Shown piece after piece: positions 18,241 through 26,704 of a DNA stretch of 64,000 nt. Every line of letters begins with the position of its first letter. Position 1 is the stretch's first letter. This stretch comes from an uncultured Candidatus Saccharibacteria bacterium (GTDB taxonomy: Bacteria > Patescibacteriota > Saccharimonadia > Saccharimonadales > JAGQNK01): positions 1,212-65,211 of the forward strand of contig CAZWRS010000003.1 in the NCBI GenBank assembly GCA_964636435.1, given 5' to 3'. Below the pieces are notes generated by a model, which was not told the origin of the DNA, did not search any database, and was given only the letters and a program-made list of their open reading frames with translations. The position numbers and the translations under genes are program-made.

Positions 18241-21200
18241 TATTTTGCCTCCTTTTCTGTGGCTTCGTCTTTTGTATCGTCATCGGCTGCAGCAACAGCG
18301 GCGGCATCATCGTCGTCGTCATCGGTTGAGACGGCGGTTGTTGCCGGGATATCATCTTCCAGCTCCATGACGATGTAATCTTCAGCAGGTTGTCCGTCTT
18401 GAGACAGGTCAACATCTGATACTGCTGGAGCCGGCACATCTACTTCTGACTGATGCGCGGCTTCGTCTTTGATGTTCTCGGCCAAGACATCCTCAGCATC
18501 AACAACTTTCTCGCCCTGCTGGATGAGGTCGACCTTCAAACCAAGACCCTGGAGCTCCTTGACGAGCACGTTAAAGCTTTCTGGAACTTTCGGCCCGACA
18601 ATTTCGGTACCTTTGATGATTGACTCATAGGCTTTTGAACGACCATAGACATCATCAGACTTGATAGTCAGCATTTCCTGGAGGGTATTGCTGGCACCAT
18701 AAGCCTCCAGTGCCCAGACTTCCATCTCTCCAAAGCGCTGACCACCGTTTTGTGCCTTACCACCGAGCGGCTGCTGGGTGACCATGGTATATGGACCGGT
18801 CGAGCGGGCGTGGATCTTGTCCGCAATCATGTGGTTCAGCTTGATGGTGTACATCGAACCGACCGTCGTGCGCTCACTAAAGGCTTCGCCGGTGCGGCCA
18901 TCATACAGCTGCTGTTTGCCGTCCTCTGGCAGGCCAGCCTCTTTGAGCAGCTCCTGGATCTTCTCGGTCGGCACACCATTGAATGGCGGACTCGCGACTT
19001 TTATGCCGAGAGCACGTGCGGCCATTCCAAGGTGCGTCTCAAACAACTGACCAATATTCATACGACTTGGCACACCAAGCGGGTTGAGAATGATATCAAC
19101 CGGTGTACCGTCTTCCATGAACGGCATGTCCTCAACTGGCAGGATACGAGCGATAACACCTTTGTTTCCGTGACGTCCACCGAGCTTGTCACCTACGGCA
19201 ATCTTGCGCATTTGGGCAACGAAGACCTGAATCTGCATAATGACGCCAGCCTTCAGCTCGTGACCGTTAGCCCGTGAGAAAACCTTAACACCGACAACTT
19301 TACCGTGCTTACCGTTCGGCATACGCTGTGAGGTATCGCGAACTTCTTTAGCTTTTTCACCGAAGATAGCTCGCAGCAGACGCTCTTCCGAGCTCAGCTC
19401 TTGCTCGCCTTTTGGCGTAATCTTACCGACCAGAATATCACCAGGATGCACCTCAGCTCCGATACGAACAATGCCATCTTCATCGAGGTGACGGAGGGCG
19501 TCTTCAGAAACGTTCGGGATGTCGCGCGTAACGATCTCTGGACCGAGTTTGGTTTCACGGACTTCAACCATGAAGTCAACGATGTGTACGGATGTCAACG
19601 TGTCGTCCTGGACCAGCTTGCGGCTCAAGATAATCGCGTCTTCAAAGTTATAGCCACGCCACGGCATGAATGCCACGATAAGGTCTTTACCGAGCGCCAA
19701 TTCACCATCAGCAATTGACATACCTTCAATGATTGGATCGCCAGCTTTTAGCCTGTCGCCGGTATTGACGACGACTTTCTGGTTAATTGAGCTGCCTTCA
19801 TTGGAGCGAATAAAGTGCAATGGATTGTACGTGACTGGACCGTCCTTGTACTTGACAATAACTTCGTCACCGCTTGCCTTGACGACTTCACCATCAGCCT
19901 CGGCCACAACTAGCTGACCACTGTTATACGCAGCAGTAGTTTCCAGACCGGTACCAACAATCGGTGCCTGTGGCTTAACAAGTGGAACTGCTTGGCGCTG
20001 CTGGTTGCTTCCCATGAGCGAGCGGTACACGTAGTTCTTTTCGATGAAGGGAATCAGTCCAGCACTGGAGCCGATAATTTGCTTGCGAGCAGCGTCCATG
20101 TGCGTGACCTCGTTGGCGTCAACTTCTCCAGATACGAGGTTCGCACGGGCGGATACACGCTCATTGACGAAGTAGCCATCGTCGTCAACTGGCTCACCAG
20201 TGCTGGCAATTGTTGCCTGTTCTTCTTCTGATGCATCGAGGTAGACGACCTCGTCAGTGACTTTTGCCTTGACCGGCCAGGTGACCTGCTCCTTGACGGC
20301 TGCCAACTTCTTGGCATCGGTAGCAGTAATCTTGTCACCAGCTTTTACGACAACCTTGCCGTCGACCTCTAGATTAACAGCGGCGATGTGACCAGCTGCT
20401 TCTTTGGCTGACACCGCGTTGATGACTTTACGGTAGGGAGTCTCGATGAAGCCGTAATCATTAATCCGGGCGTAACTCGCGAGGTTGAGCACCAGGCCGA
20501 TGTTGGCGCCTTCCGGTGTTTCAACGGCACAGATACGGCCGTAGTGGGTGGCGTGAGCATCACGCACCTCAAAACCGGCGCGCTCACGACTCAGGCCACC
20601 AGGACCCATCGAACTCAGGCGCCGCTTGTGCGCAAGTTCGGACAGCGGGTTGATCTGATCCATGAACTGACTCAACTGTGAGCTGGCAAAGAATTCACGG
20701 ACTGCAGCGACAATTGGTCGGGCATTAATCAGCTGTGCGGGCGTAACAGTTTCGATCTCTTGCATGGACATGCGGTCTTTGGTGTTGCGCTCCATGCGCA
20801 GCAGACCGATGCGGAACTGACGCTGCACCAACTCACCGACAAGCTTCACGCGACGATTCGCCAGGCTGTCGATATCATCAGCTGGCTCCTGGGTGTTATT
20901 CAGGCGGATTAATTCAGCAATGATTGCCACGAGGTCTTCAAGGCGCATCACACGGTTCTCAATAGTGTTCGGCACATCCAGGTTCAACCGCTTATTGATC
21001 TTGTAGCGACCGACACGAGAAAAGTCGAAGCGCTTGTAGTTGTAGAACATGTTTTCCAGCAGACTGCGCGCATTGTCTACGGTAGCGAGGTCACCCGGAC
21101 GGAGACGACGGTAGACCTCAATAAGTGCATCATTGGCACCACGACTTGGGTCTTTCTCAAGTGTGGCATCGAGATACTTAAGTTTGCCCTGATCGACATG

Positions 21201-21836
21201 GGCGAACTGCTCTTTCATCTGGGCTTCAGTCATGCGCAGGGCACGCAAGAGCGTTGTAACAGGGATTTTGCGTTTGCGGTCAATCTTGACATACATAGCA
21301 CCGGAGGCAGCTGTTTCAAACTCCAGCCAGGCACCACGGCCGGGGATAACCTTGGCACCATAAAGATTCTGCGTACCATGCGCTTCTGCAGTAAAGAACA
21401 CGCCGGCTGAACGGATCAGCTGACTGACCACGACACGTTCCGCGCCATTAATCACAAATGTACCGCGGTCTGTCATCCAAGGATAGTCGCCGAGATAAAT
21501 TTCCTGCTCTTTGACCTCGCCAGTCACTTTATTAGTCAGCTCAACGGTGGCCTTAAGAGGCGCTTCATAGGATACGTTGTTCTCGCGAGCTTCATGCTCA
21601 GAAACCTTCGGATCCTCAAACCGATAGTCCTTAAACCGCAGCGACAGTTTGGTACCCGTGTAGTCATCTATCGGGCTGATTTCTGCCAATAGTTCGCCTA
21701 AACCCTCGTCAACGAACCACTGGAACGATCGGTTCTGGTGGTCGACAAGATTCGGCATGTCAATGACATCGTCAGTCTTTGTAAAGTAAGTTCGCTTCTG
21801 CAGCGCCTGCTTGGCACTCGTAGAGCCTTTTGCCAT
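18240..21836 (-). CDS. rpoB: DNA-directed RNA polymerase subunit beta with an 89-aa acidic C-terminal tail
   Basis: The 1198-aa ORF has conserved beta-subunit blocks (GRHGNKGV, LGGKAQNGGQRFGEMEVWALEAYGA). The SD GGGGAG lies upstream. Confidence 0.99.
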   Translation of the reverse strand: MAKGSTSAKQALQKRTYFTKTDDVIDMPNLVDHQNRSFQWFVDEGLGELLAEISPIDDYTGTKLSLRFKDYRFEDPKVSEHEARENNVSYEAPLKATVELTNKVTGEVKEQEIYLGDYPWMTDRGTFVINGAERVVVSQLIRSAGVFFTAEAHGTQNLYGAKVIPGRGAWLEFETAASGAMYVKIDRKRKIPVTTLLRALRMTEAQMKEQFAHVDQGKLKYLDATLEKDPSRGANDALIEVYRRLRPGDLATVDNARSLLENMFYNYKRFDFSRVGRYKINKRLNLDVPNTIENRVMRLEDLVAIIAELIRLNNTQEPADDIDSLANRRVKLVGELVQRQFRIGLLRMERNTKDRMSMQEIETVTPAQLINARPIVAAVREFFASSQLSQFMDQINPLSELAHKRRLSSMGPGGLSRERAGFEVRDAHATHYGRICAVETPEGANIGLVLNLASYARINDYGFIETPYRKVINAVSAKEAAGHIAAVNLEVDGKVVVKAGDKITATDAKKLAAVKEQVTWPVKAKVTDEVVYLDASEEEQATIASTGEPVDDDGYFVNERVSARANLVSGEVDANEVTHMDAARKQIIGSSAGLIPFIEKNYVYRSLMGSNQQRQAVPLVKPQAPIVGTGLETTAAYNSGQLVVAEADGEVVKASGDEVIVKYKDGPVTYNPLHFIRSNEGSSINQKVVVNTGDRLKAGDPIIEGMSIADGELALGKDLIVAFMPWRGYNFEDAIILSRKLVQDDTLTSVHIVDFMVEVRETKLGPEIVTRDIPNVSEDALRHLDEDGIVRIGAEVHPGDILVGKITPKGEQELSSEERLLRAIFGEKAKEVRDTSQRMPNGKHGKVVGVKVFSRANGHELKAGVIMQIQVFVAQMRKIAVGDKLGGRHGNKGVIARILPVEDMPFMEDGTPVDIILNPLGVPSRMNIGQLFETHLGMAARALGIKVASPPFNGVPTEKIQELLKEAGLPEDGKQQLYDGRTGEAFSERTTVGSMYTIKLNHMIADKIHARSTGPYTMVTQQPLGGKAQNGGQRFGEMEVWALEAYGASNTLQEMLTIKSDDVYGRSKAYESIIKGTEIVGPKVPESFNVLVKELQGLGLKVDLIQQGEKVVDAEDVLAENIKDEAAHQSEVDVPAPAVSDVDLSQDGQPAEDYIVMELEDDIPATTAVSTDDDDDDAAAVAAADDDTKDEATEKEAK

Positions 21837-22057
21837 GTAGCACTCCCCTGTTATTAGTACTTGATAATCAGCAGCAGAAAGTAAGCATCTGTGATCACCA
21901 ACTAGCTATGCCCAGATAGATAGATTGGTAATTTTGCTTATTTCTGTTTGCTTTGTTGTTTGATTAGTTTTTGCGCGCAAAGTTTCCTACGTAGAGAATT
22001 TTTGTGAGGTTGATTTACCTTATAACGTTCCCGTACGTACACTACTTCTTACTGTAC

Positions 22058-22086
22058 AGTCTACAGGCGACTACTACACATGTCAA
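22058..22086 (-). promoter_or_regulatory. Putative promoter for rpoBC with a leader of about 215 nt
   Basis: The minus strand reads TTGACA (22081-22086), a 17-nt spacer, then TAGACT (22058-22063). Pattern match only. Confidence 0.45.
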
Positions 22087-22145
22087 GCACCAGGAAAACA
22101 TGCTTGCAGCGGGATCAAGCGAATTCGCTTCGAGAATAAGCGATC

Positions 22146-22733
22146 TTATTTTGGCGGCGTGTTAATGACTTTGTCTACAATGCCGTATTCACGTGCTTCT
22201 TCTGCGGTCAGCCATTTATCACGCTCCATGTCGTCGTGGATTTTCTCAACTTTCTGGCCAGTATTGTTGGCCATGATTGATTCAAGCAGCCGCTTAACAC
22301 GCAGGCTTTCGCGCAGGTCAATCTCCTGGTCGGTGACCTTACCGCGTGTACTGGAGCTTGGCTGGTGTATCATGACGGTTGCATGCGGCAGCAGGAAGCG
22401 TTTACCTTTGGTGCCAGAGCTTAGCAGAAATGCTGCGGCACTGGCCTGCATACCGATACCAACGGTTTGCACATCAGCCTTCACATATTGCATGGTGTCA
22501 TAAACTGCCAGCGCATCGTAGACGCTCCCGCCTGGACTATTGATGTAGAGGAAAATATCCTTCTTGGAGTCTTCATTATCCAGAAATAACAACTGCGCCG
22601 TCACTAAGTTAGCAGTATGCGGGTTAACGTCCTCGCCGAGAAAGATGATTCGGTCACGGAGTAACCGTGAGTAAATATCATAGGCACGCTCTAGGCGGCC
22701 TTCTTGTTCAATGACAGTTGGAATAAGTGGCAT
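22146..22733 (-). CDS. clpP: ATP-dependent Clp protease proteolytic subunit
   Basis: [32 protein letters not shown] and MIHQP are ClpP signatures. The start was trimmed to ATG 22733 ([10 protein letters not shown]), which is preceded by GAGGGA. Confidence 0.95.
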   Translation of the reverse strand: MPLIPTVIEQEGRLERAYDIYSRLLRDRIIFLGEDVNPHTANLVTAQLLFLDNEDSKKDIFLYINSPGGSVYDALAVYDTMQYVKADVQTVGIGMQASAAAFLLSSGTKGKRFLLPHATVMIHQPSSSTRGKVTDQEIDLRESLRVKRLLESIMANNTGQKVEKIHDDMERDKWLTAEEAREYGIVDKVINTPPK

Positions 22734-22784
22734 AATTGCTTGTCCCTCAAATTTTAGCTTAGTAGCCATCGGTGGCTCTGTGCA

Positions 22785-22826
22785 AGCATACAAAACTAGC
22801 ACTCTATGGTCAAGAGTGCTAGTTTT
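22785..22826 (-). promoter_or_regulatory. CIRCE-like inverted repeat (HrcA-type operator) with embedded promoter upstream of clpP
   Basis: CTAGCACTC-N9-GAGTGCTAG lies at 22796-22822, against the CIRCE consensus TTAGCACTC-N9-GAGTGCTAA. The minus-strand -35 TTGACC (22808-22813) sits in the spacer, with the -10 TATGCT (22785-22790) 17 nt away. Confidence 0.7.
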
Positions 22827-23049
22827 TGTACAAGGTCAGATCTGAGATATATTCAGCTAAAATTTCCTCGGCGTATGGAATATCATCCTGTGAGGCCACA
22901 AGATGATATAGCTCACTCGTCAACGCATGAGGCAGTGCATATTTCATACCCAAATAGTCCAGATCGGTGGCCCACTGATTGAGATCATCCTGTTCGTGCA
23001 CTTGCCAGCCGTCTTGCGGCTGTCGTTCGAAATCTGATTCTATCGCCAT
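22819..23049 (-). CDS. Hypothetical small acidic protein (76 aa)
   Basis: The ORF has no SD. A tandem TATAGT TATAGT (23050-23061) lies immediately upstream of the ATG, making it a leaderless candidate. Its stop codon lies inside the CIRCE arm. No family recognised. Confidence 0.45.
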   Translation of the reverse strand: MAIESDFERQPQDGWQVHEQDDLNQWATDLDYLGMKYALPHALTSELYHLVASQDDIPYAEEILAEYISDLTLYKN

Positions 23050-23087
23050 ACTATAACTATACCATGTTATTTGTTTAATACAACTAA

Positions 23088-23390
23088 CTAGATTGTATTC
23101 TGTCTACGCTCGCCATGGGCCATGATTCGTGACACCCCGACCCCGCCAAGTGTCAGTATAGCTAAACTACCGATGACCCCAGCACCTGACTGTATGACGC
23201 GATCTGGCCAGCCCGCGTCCATCCTCTCTGCAGCATAGAAAGCGGCAGTTGATAGGGCCGCAGCAACCCCAGCCCCGCCTGCTGCCCGATATGCCGAGCG
23301 CTTCTCTGCATCCCAAAATATAGCATCGACTGCCTGACGAGAACTCTCTAGCGTATTTTCCGCAAACAGAGGGTCAGAACAAGCGCTCAT
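23088..23390 (-). CDS. Hypothetical Ala/Gly-rich membrane protein (100 aa, about 2 TM)
   Basis: The ATG overlaps the tig stop by 1 nt (TAATG), implying translational coupling. Hydrophobic segments are GAGVAAALSTAAFYAA and GVIGSLAILTLGGVGV. Confidence 0.5.
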   Translation of the reverse strand: MSACSDPLFAENTLESSRQAVDAIFWDAEKRSAYRAAGGAGVAAALSTAAFYAAERMDAGWPDRVIQSGAGVIGSLAILTLGGVGVSRIMAHGERRQNTI

Positions 23391-24682
23391 TACTCACTGC
23401 CACTCGCGTATTCGACAAGCTTATTGACGGTTTTTTCAGTCAGCAACCTGGCAGCGATGTCGCGGCGTGTCTCCGGCTTTTCGAGCTCAACTTGCATCTG
23501 GGCGTCCTGATACTGGCCTTTTAATAGTTGCATGCGAATCTCCAACTCTTCAGGCGTAACTTCCAGACCCTCCACCTCGGCGATTTCAGCCAGCACAAGA
23601 CTAGCCTTTACTCGGTCTGTAGCTTGCGGCTTGAGAATGTCTTCACGGTATTGCTCTTCGGTTTTACCCTCCGCTTCGAGAAATTCTTGTATCGTCTGTC
23701 CTCGGTACATGACATTTTGCTGCAGGTCCGTCCAGAGGCGCGCGACCTGATCATTGATAAGGACTCCCGGAATCTCCAGCTTGCTCTTATCACTAATCTT
23801 TTTAACAAGCTCTGATTCATAATCACGCTCAGCCTGGTGCTGTTTCTCGTGTGTCAGCTGCTGCTTAATGTCGGCTTTTAGTTCGGTAAACGTCTTGACG
23901 GGTCCGGCTTTGGCTGCAAAATCATCATCCAGCTTCGGCAGCTTCATTTCCTGGACCTTGATGACCGACACGGTAAACTCAACTTTGCGATTTTGAAGCG
24001 CCGCGACTCCATAATCCTTCGGAAACGTAATCGTAAACGTTTTCTCATCCCCAGCCTTCATACCGATAACCTCAGGCTCAAAACCCGGTATGAACGTGTT
24101 GGAGCCAATTACGAGCGGATAATCCTTACCGTCGGCACCGCTAATCGGCTCCTTGGTCTTGGCATCAACGCCCTTGAAGTCTAAGTAGACCTGGTCACCA
24201 TCCTTGACGGCACGGGACACATCTTTCTTGTCAGCTAAACGCTGACGCAATGATTCGATAACTTCCTTAATCTCGGCGTCGGTCACCTTGACTGTCGGCT
24301 TAGACAGCTTAATCTTCTTATAGTCCGGAAGCTTGACTTCGCCAAGCACCTCAACCTCGGCATCGAATTCGAGCATGGTATATGGTACAAACTTTTTTAA
24401 GCTGATTTGCGGCCGATCTACGGGGCGAAGCTGCTCGTTGTTGGCAGCAGCAACATACAGCTGCTCGATAGCCTCTTCGAGAAACTGTGTTTGAAGCGCG
24501 GTCGGATCCACGTTTTTTTCCAGAATTTCAGCCGGAACCTTGCCAGCGCGAAAACCCGGTACTTTTACCCGCCCCTGAAAATGCGTGAGCACATGTGCTT
24601 TTATTGGTGCGAGCTCTTTCTCGTCCGCAATGACGGTCAATGTGAGGTTGGTAGGAGATGAATTAGTCTTTTTTACTTGCAT
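23390..24682 (-). CDS. tig: Trigger factor
   Basis: The 430-aa ORF has a GFRAGKVP ribosome-binding motif near the N-terminus, a central FKBP-like region and trigger-factor length. Confidence 0.95.
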   Translation of the reverse strand: MQVKKTNSSPTNLTLTVIADEKELAPIKAHVLTHFQGRVKVPGFRAGKVPAEILEKNVDPTALQTQFLEEAIEQLYVAAANNEQLRPVDRPQISLKKFVPYTMLEFDAEVEVLGEVKLPDYKKIKLSKPTVKVTDAEIKEVIESLRQRLADKKDVSRAVKDGDQVYLDFKGVDAKTKEPISGADGKDYPLVIGSNTFIPGFEPEVIGMKAGDEKTFTITFPKDYGVAALQNRKVEFTVSVIKVQEMKLPKLDDDFAAKAGPVKTFTELKADIKQQLTHEKQHQAERDYESELVKKISDKSKLEIPGVLINDQVARLWTDLQQNVMYRGQTIQEFLEAEGKTEEQYREDILKPQATDRVKASLVLAEIAEVEGLEVTPEELEIRMQLLKGQYQDAQMQVELEKPETRRDIAARLLTEKTVNKLVEYASGSE

Positions 24683-24728
24683 AGCTATGTACTGTAACAG
24701 ATGGGGCAGCCTTTTTCCACAGTATATG

Positions 24729-25190
24729 CTACGGAGCAGTAACCATCAGAAAGAGGTAGAGAGAGCCGACGAGCCAAACGAGCTCAACACCGTAGCCCCA
24801 GGGCCGTTCGTACCATTGGATTCGTGCCAGAAAGCGCCCGATAGGGTCAAACTTGCGTGGGCGGCCCTGCAGCTCCCAAATCCAGTACGGCAACCACCAC
24901 AGGTCTGGTGCTGCACCGAGGATGCCGCAAGCGACAAGCAGCGGCCACTGCGGCAGCTGCAGTAGCGCAATGGTGAGCAAAAACGAAGCAGAAAGCGCCG
25001 CATCAACAGCCAGCTCTAATTTAAACCACGTCGTAGTATGACTACCCTTACCGCCACCCGAATGTGGAATAGCATCGAGTACCAGGTGCGACAGTAATGC
25101 TGCGGGCAATGCAATGACTGGGTTGCCGATCACTGCACCCAGCAGCGCACCCGTTACCGTGTGATTAATCGCTCTCATCGAGTTCGCCAC
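24729..25190 (-). CDS. Hypothetical polytopic membrane protein (possibly YdjM/DUF457-like membrane-bound hydrolase)
   Basis: The 153-aa ORF is hydrophobic with N-terminal HTVTGALLG and LDAIPH His/Asp motifs reminiscent of the YdjM family. This resemblance is judged by eye only. The start overlaps the hisS 3' end. Confidence 0.45.
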   Translation of the reverse strand: MANSMRAINHTVTGALLGAVIGNPVIALPAALLSHLVLDAIPHSGGGKGSHTTTWFKLELAVDAALSASFLLTIALLQLPQWPLLVACGILGAAPDLWWLPYWIWELQGRPRKFDPIGRFLARIQWYERPWGYGVELVWLVGSLYLFLMVTAP

Positions 25191-26493
25191 TCTGACGATA
25201 ATCTTTTATGATGCTCACCGTCCGTTCGACACCGTGACGCTCATCGGCGCCAGTCAGTAAATTCTTGAGCACGTACTGCTCGTCCGCCAATTCCTTCTCA
25301 CCGATGAAAAGCGCGTAATGGATGCCCTTCTTAACGGCGGATTTTATCTGCTTGTCAGGCTTGCGGCCAGTGGTGTCGACAGCCAGTCGGGCACCTAGCT
25401 CACGGAACTTACGGAGTACCGGCTGCGCGCGTTCGTAAACATCTCCGATGAGGATGACATACACGTCCGTTTCAGGTGGCAGTACTGGCATTAGTTCGTG
25501 CGATTCCAAGAAGTTCTGCAGAGTCACATCGCCCATGCCAAACCCAACCGTCGGTACTGGCTCGACACCAAAGGCACCAACCAAGCCATCGTAACGACCA
25601 CCACCAAACATCGCTCGATTATTATCCGGGTGCGTATCAAATACTTCAAATACGATATCGGTATAGTAGTCGAAGCCACGCATCAGCGTCGGGTCGAACT
25701 CAAAATTTGTGATACCGGATTTGGAAAGCAAATCCATGAGCACCTGCAGCTCTAGTACTGACGGGTGCACTCGCAACTCGCCCGGCAGATCATTGACAGT
25801 CTTGAGCTTCAAAAAACTAAGCAGCAGTTCAGTTTCACCATTCTCGCGCTGATTCGGCATGAACAAGGCATCGAGCGAAGCTACGAACTGGGCGTAATCC
25901 ATCTTATGCATGCGATCAATTAGCTGCGCCATGGTATGCGACTGCGTACTGTTGAGCTTCAAGTAATCCGCAAATAAGGTATTCATTAGTTTACGGCTAT
26001 TAATTTTGATGGTATACATGCTGCGCTTAGCCTTGAAAGCCTGCATAATGCCGTCGGCCACCTGAATGGCCTCGTGATCGGCCTCAACACCGTTTACGCC
26101 AAAGATGTCGACATTGAGTTGCCAGAATTCACGTAATCGGCCCCGCTGTGGCCGTTCATAGCGCCAGATGTTCGGAATTGAATACCACCGGACGGGATAA
26201 GCTAGCTCTTGTCGTTTTGCCGCCACCATGCGACTGACGCTCGGTGTCATCTCGGTCCGAATTGTCACACTACGATCGCCGCGATCAGTAAAGGTATATG
26301 TTTGTTCGTTAACAATTTCATCACTCGTTTTACTGGCGAACAATTCGGTCGGCTCCAATATCGGTGCATCATACTCCTCGTAACCATACCGTTCAACGAC
26401 TTTGCGCATGGTCTGGAACATATATTTCTGAATGCGCTTGTCTTCGGGATAAAAATCCCGAGCGCCTTTATAGGGTTGTGTTGACAGTGCCAT
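25165..26493 (-). CDS. hisS: Histidine--tRNA ligase
   Basis: The 442-aa ORF contains KGARDFYPED, YERPQRGRLREFWQ and GGGRYDGL, which are class II HisRS motifs. Confidence 0.97.
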   Translation of the reverse strand: MALSTQPYKGARDFYPEDKRIQKYMFQTMRKVVERYGYEEYDAPILEPTELFASKTSDEIVNEQTYTFTDRGDRSVTIRTEMTPSVSRMVAAKRQELAYPVRWYSIPNIWRYERPQRGRLREFWQLNVDIFGVNGVEADHEAIQVADGIMQAFKAKRSMYTIKINSRKLMNTLFADYLKLNSTQSHTMAQLIDRMHKMDYAQFVASLDALFMPNQRENGETELLLSFLKLKTVNDLPGELRVHPSVLELQVLMDLLSKSGITNFEFDPTLMRGFDYYTDIVFEVFDTHPDNNRAMFGGGRYDGLVGAFGVEPVPTVGFGMGDVTLQNFLESHELMPVLPPETDVYVILIGDVYERAQPVLRKFRELGARLAVDTTGRKPDKQIKSAVKKGIHYALFIGEKELADEQYVLKNLLTGADERHGVERTVSIIKDYRQSGELDESD

Positions 26494-26533
26494 AATAATT
26501 AACCTTTACCGTAATTGTACTGTAATAATGCTG

Positions 26534-26559
26534 AAATAAAAAAGCCCCGTACCCGGAGC
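26534..26559 (-). terminator. Putative terminator downstream of tRNA-Leu
   Basis: The minus strand reads GCUCC-GGGUAC-GGGGC (5-bp stem including one G-U pair) followed by UUUUUUAUUU. Confidence 0.5.
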
Positions 26560-26605
26560 CACTTATGCGATATATTATATCATTTATTTGTCAGTATGAT
26601 TAATT

Positions 26606-26690
26606 TGGTGGGCGAGAAAGGACTTGAACCTTCACACCTTGCGGCACGTGCTCCTAAGGCACGCGTGTCTACCAATTCCACCACTCGCCC
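26606..26690 (-). tRNA. tRNA-Leu (anticodon UAG), type II with long variable arm, CCA encoded
   Basis: The reverse complement is GGGCGAGTGGTGGAATTGGTAGACACGCGTGCCTTAGGAGCACGTGCCGCAAGGTGTGAAGGTTCAAGTCCTTTCTCGCCCACCA. It has a 7-bp acceptor stem, a GGAATTGGTAGAC D-region typical of tRNA-Leu, the anticodon stem-loop CGTGC-CTTAGGA-GCACG and a GGTTCAAGTCC T-arm. Confidence 0.9.
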
Positions 26691-26704
26691 AATCGCATAC
26701 CATT

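Noticed and set aside
22117-22130. The palindrome AAGCGAATTCGCTT just after clpP could be a terminator.
   Set aside because: The stem is only about 5 bp once a loop is allowed, and no U-run follows. It contains an EcoRI-type site and may be a chance palindrome, so it is kept only as a remark in the rpoB-leader finding.
22805-22813. The GGTCAA in the spacer of both CIRCE-like repeats resembles a CtsR-box half-site (A/GGTCAAA).
   Set aside because: Only a single half-site is present at each locus, not the tandem heptad repeat CtsR needs. On the coding strand the same bases read TTGACC at the correct distance from a -10 hexamer, so the -35 element explains their conservation.
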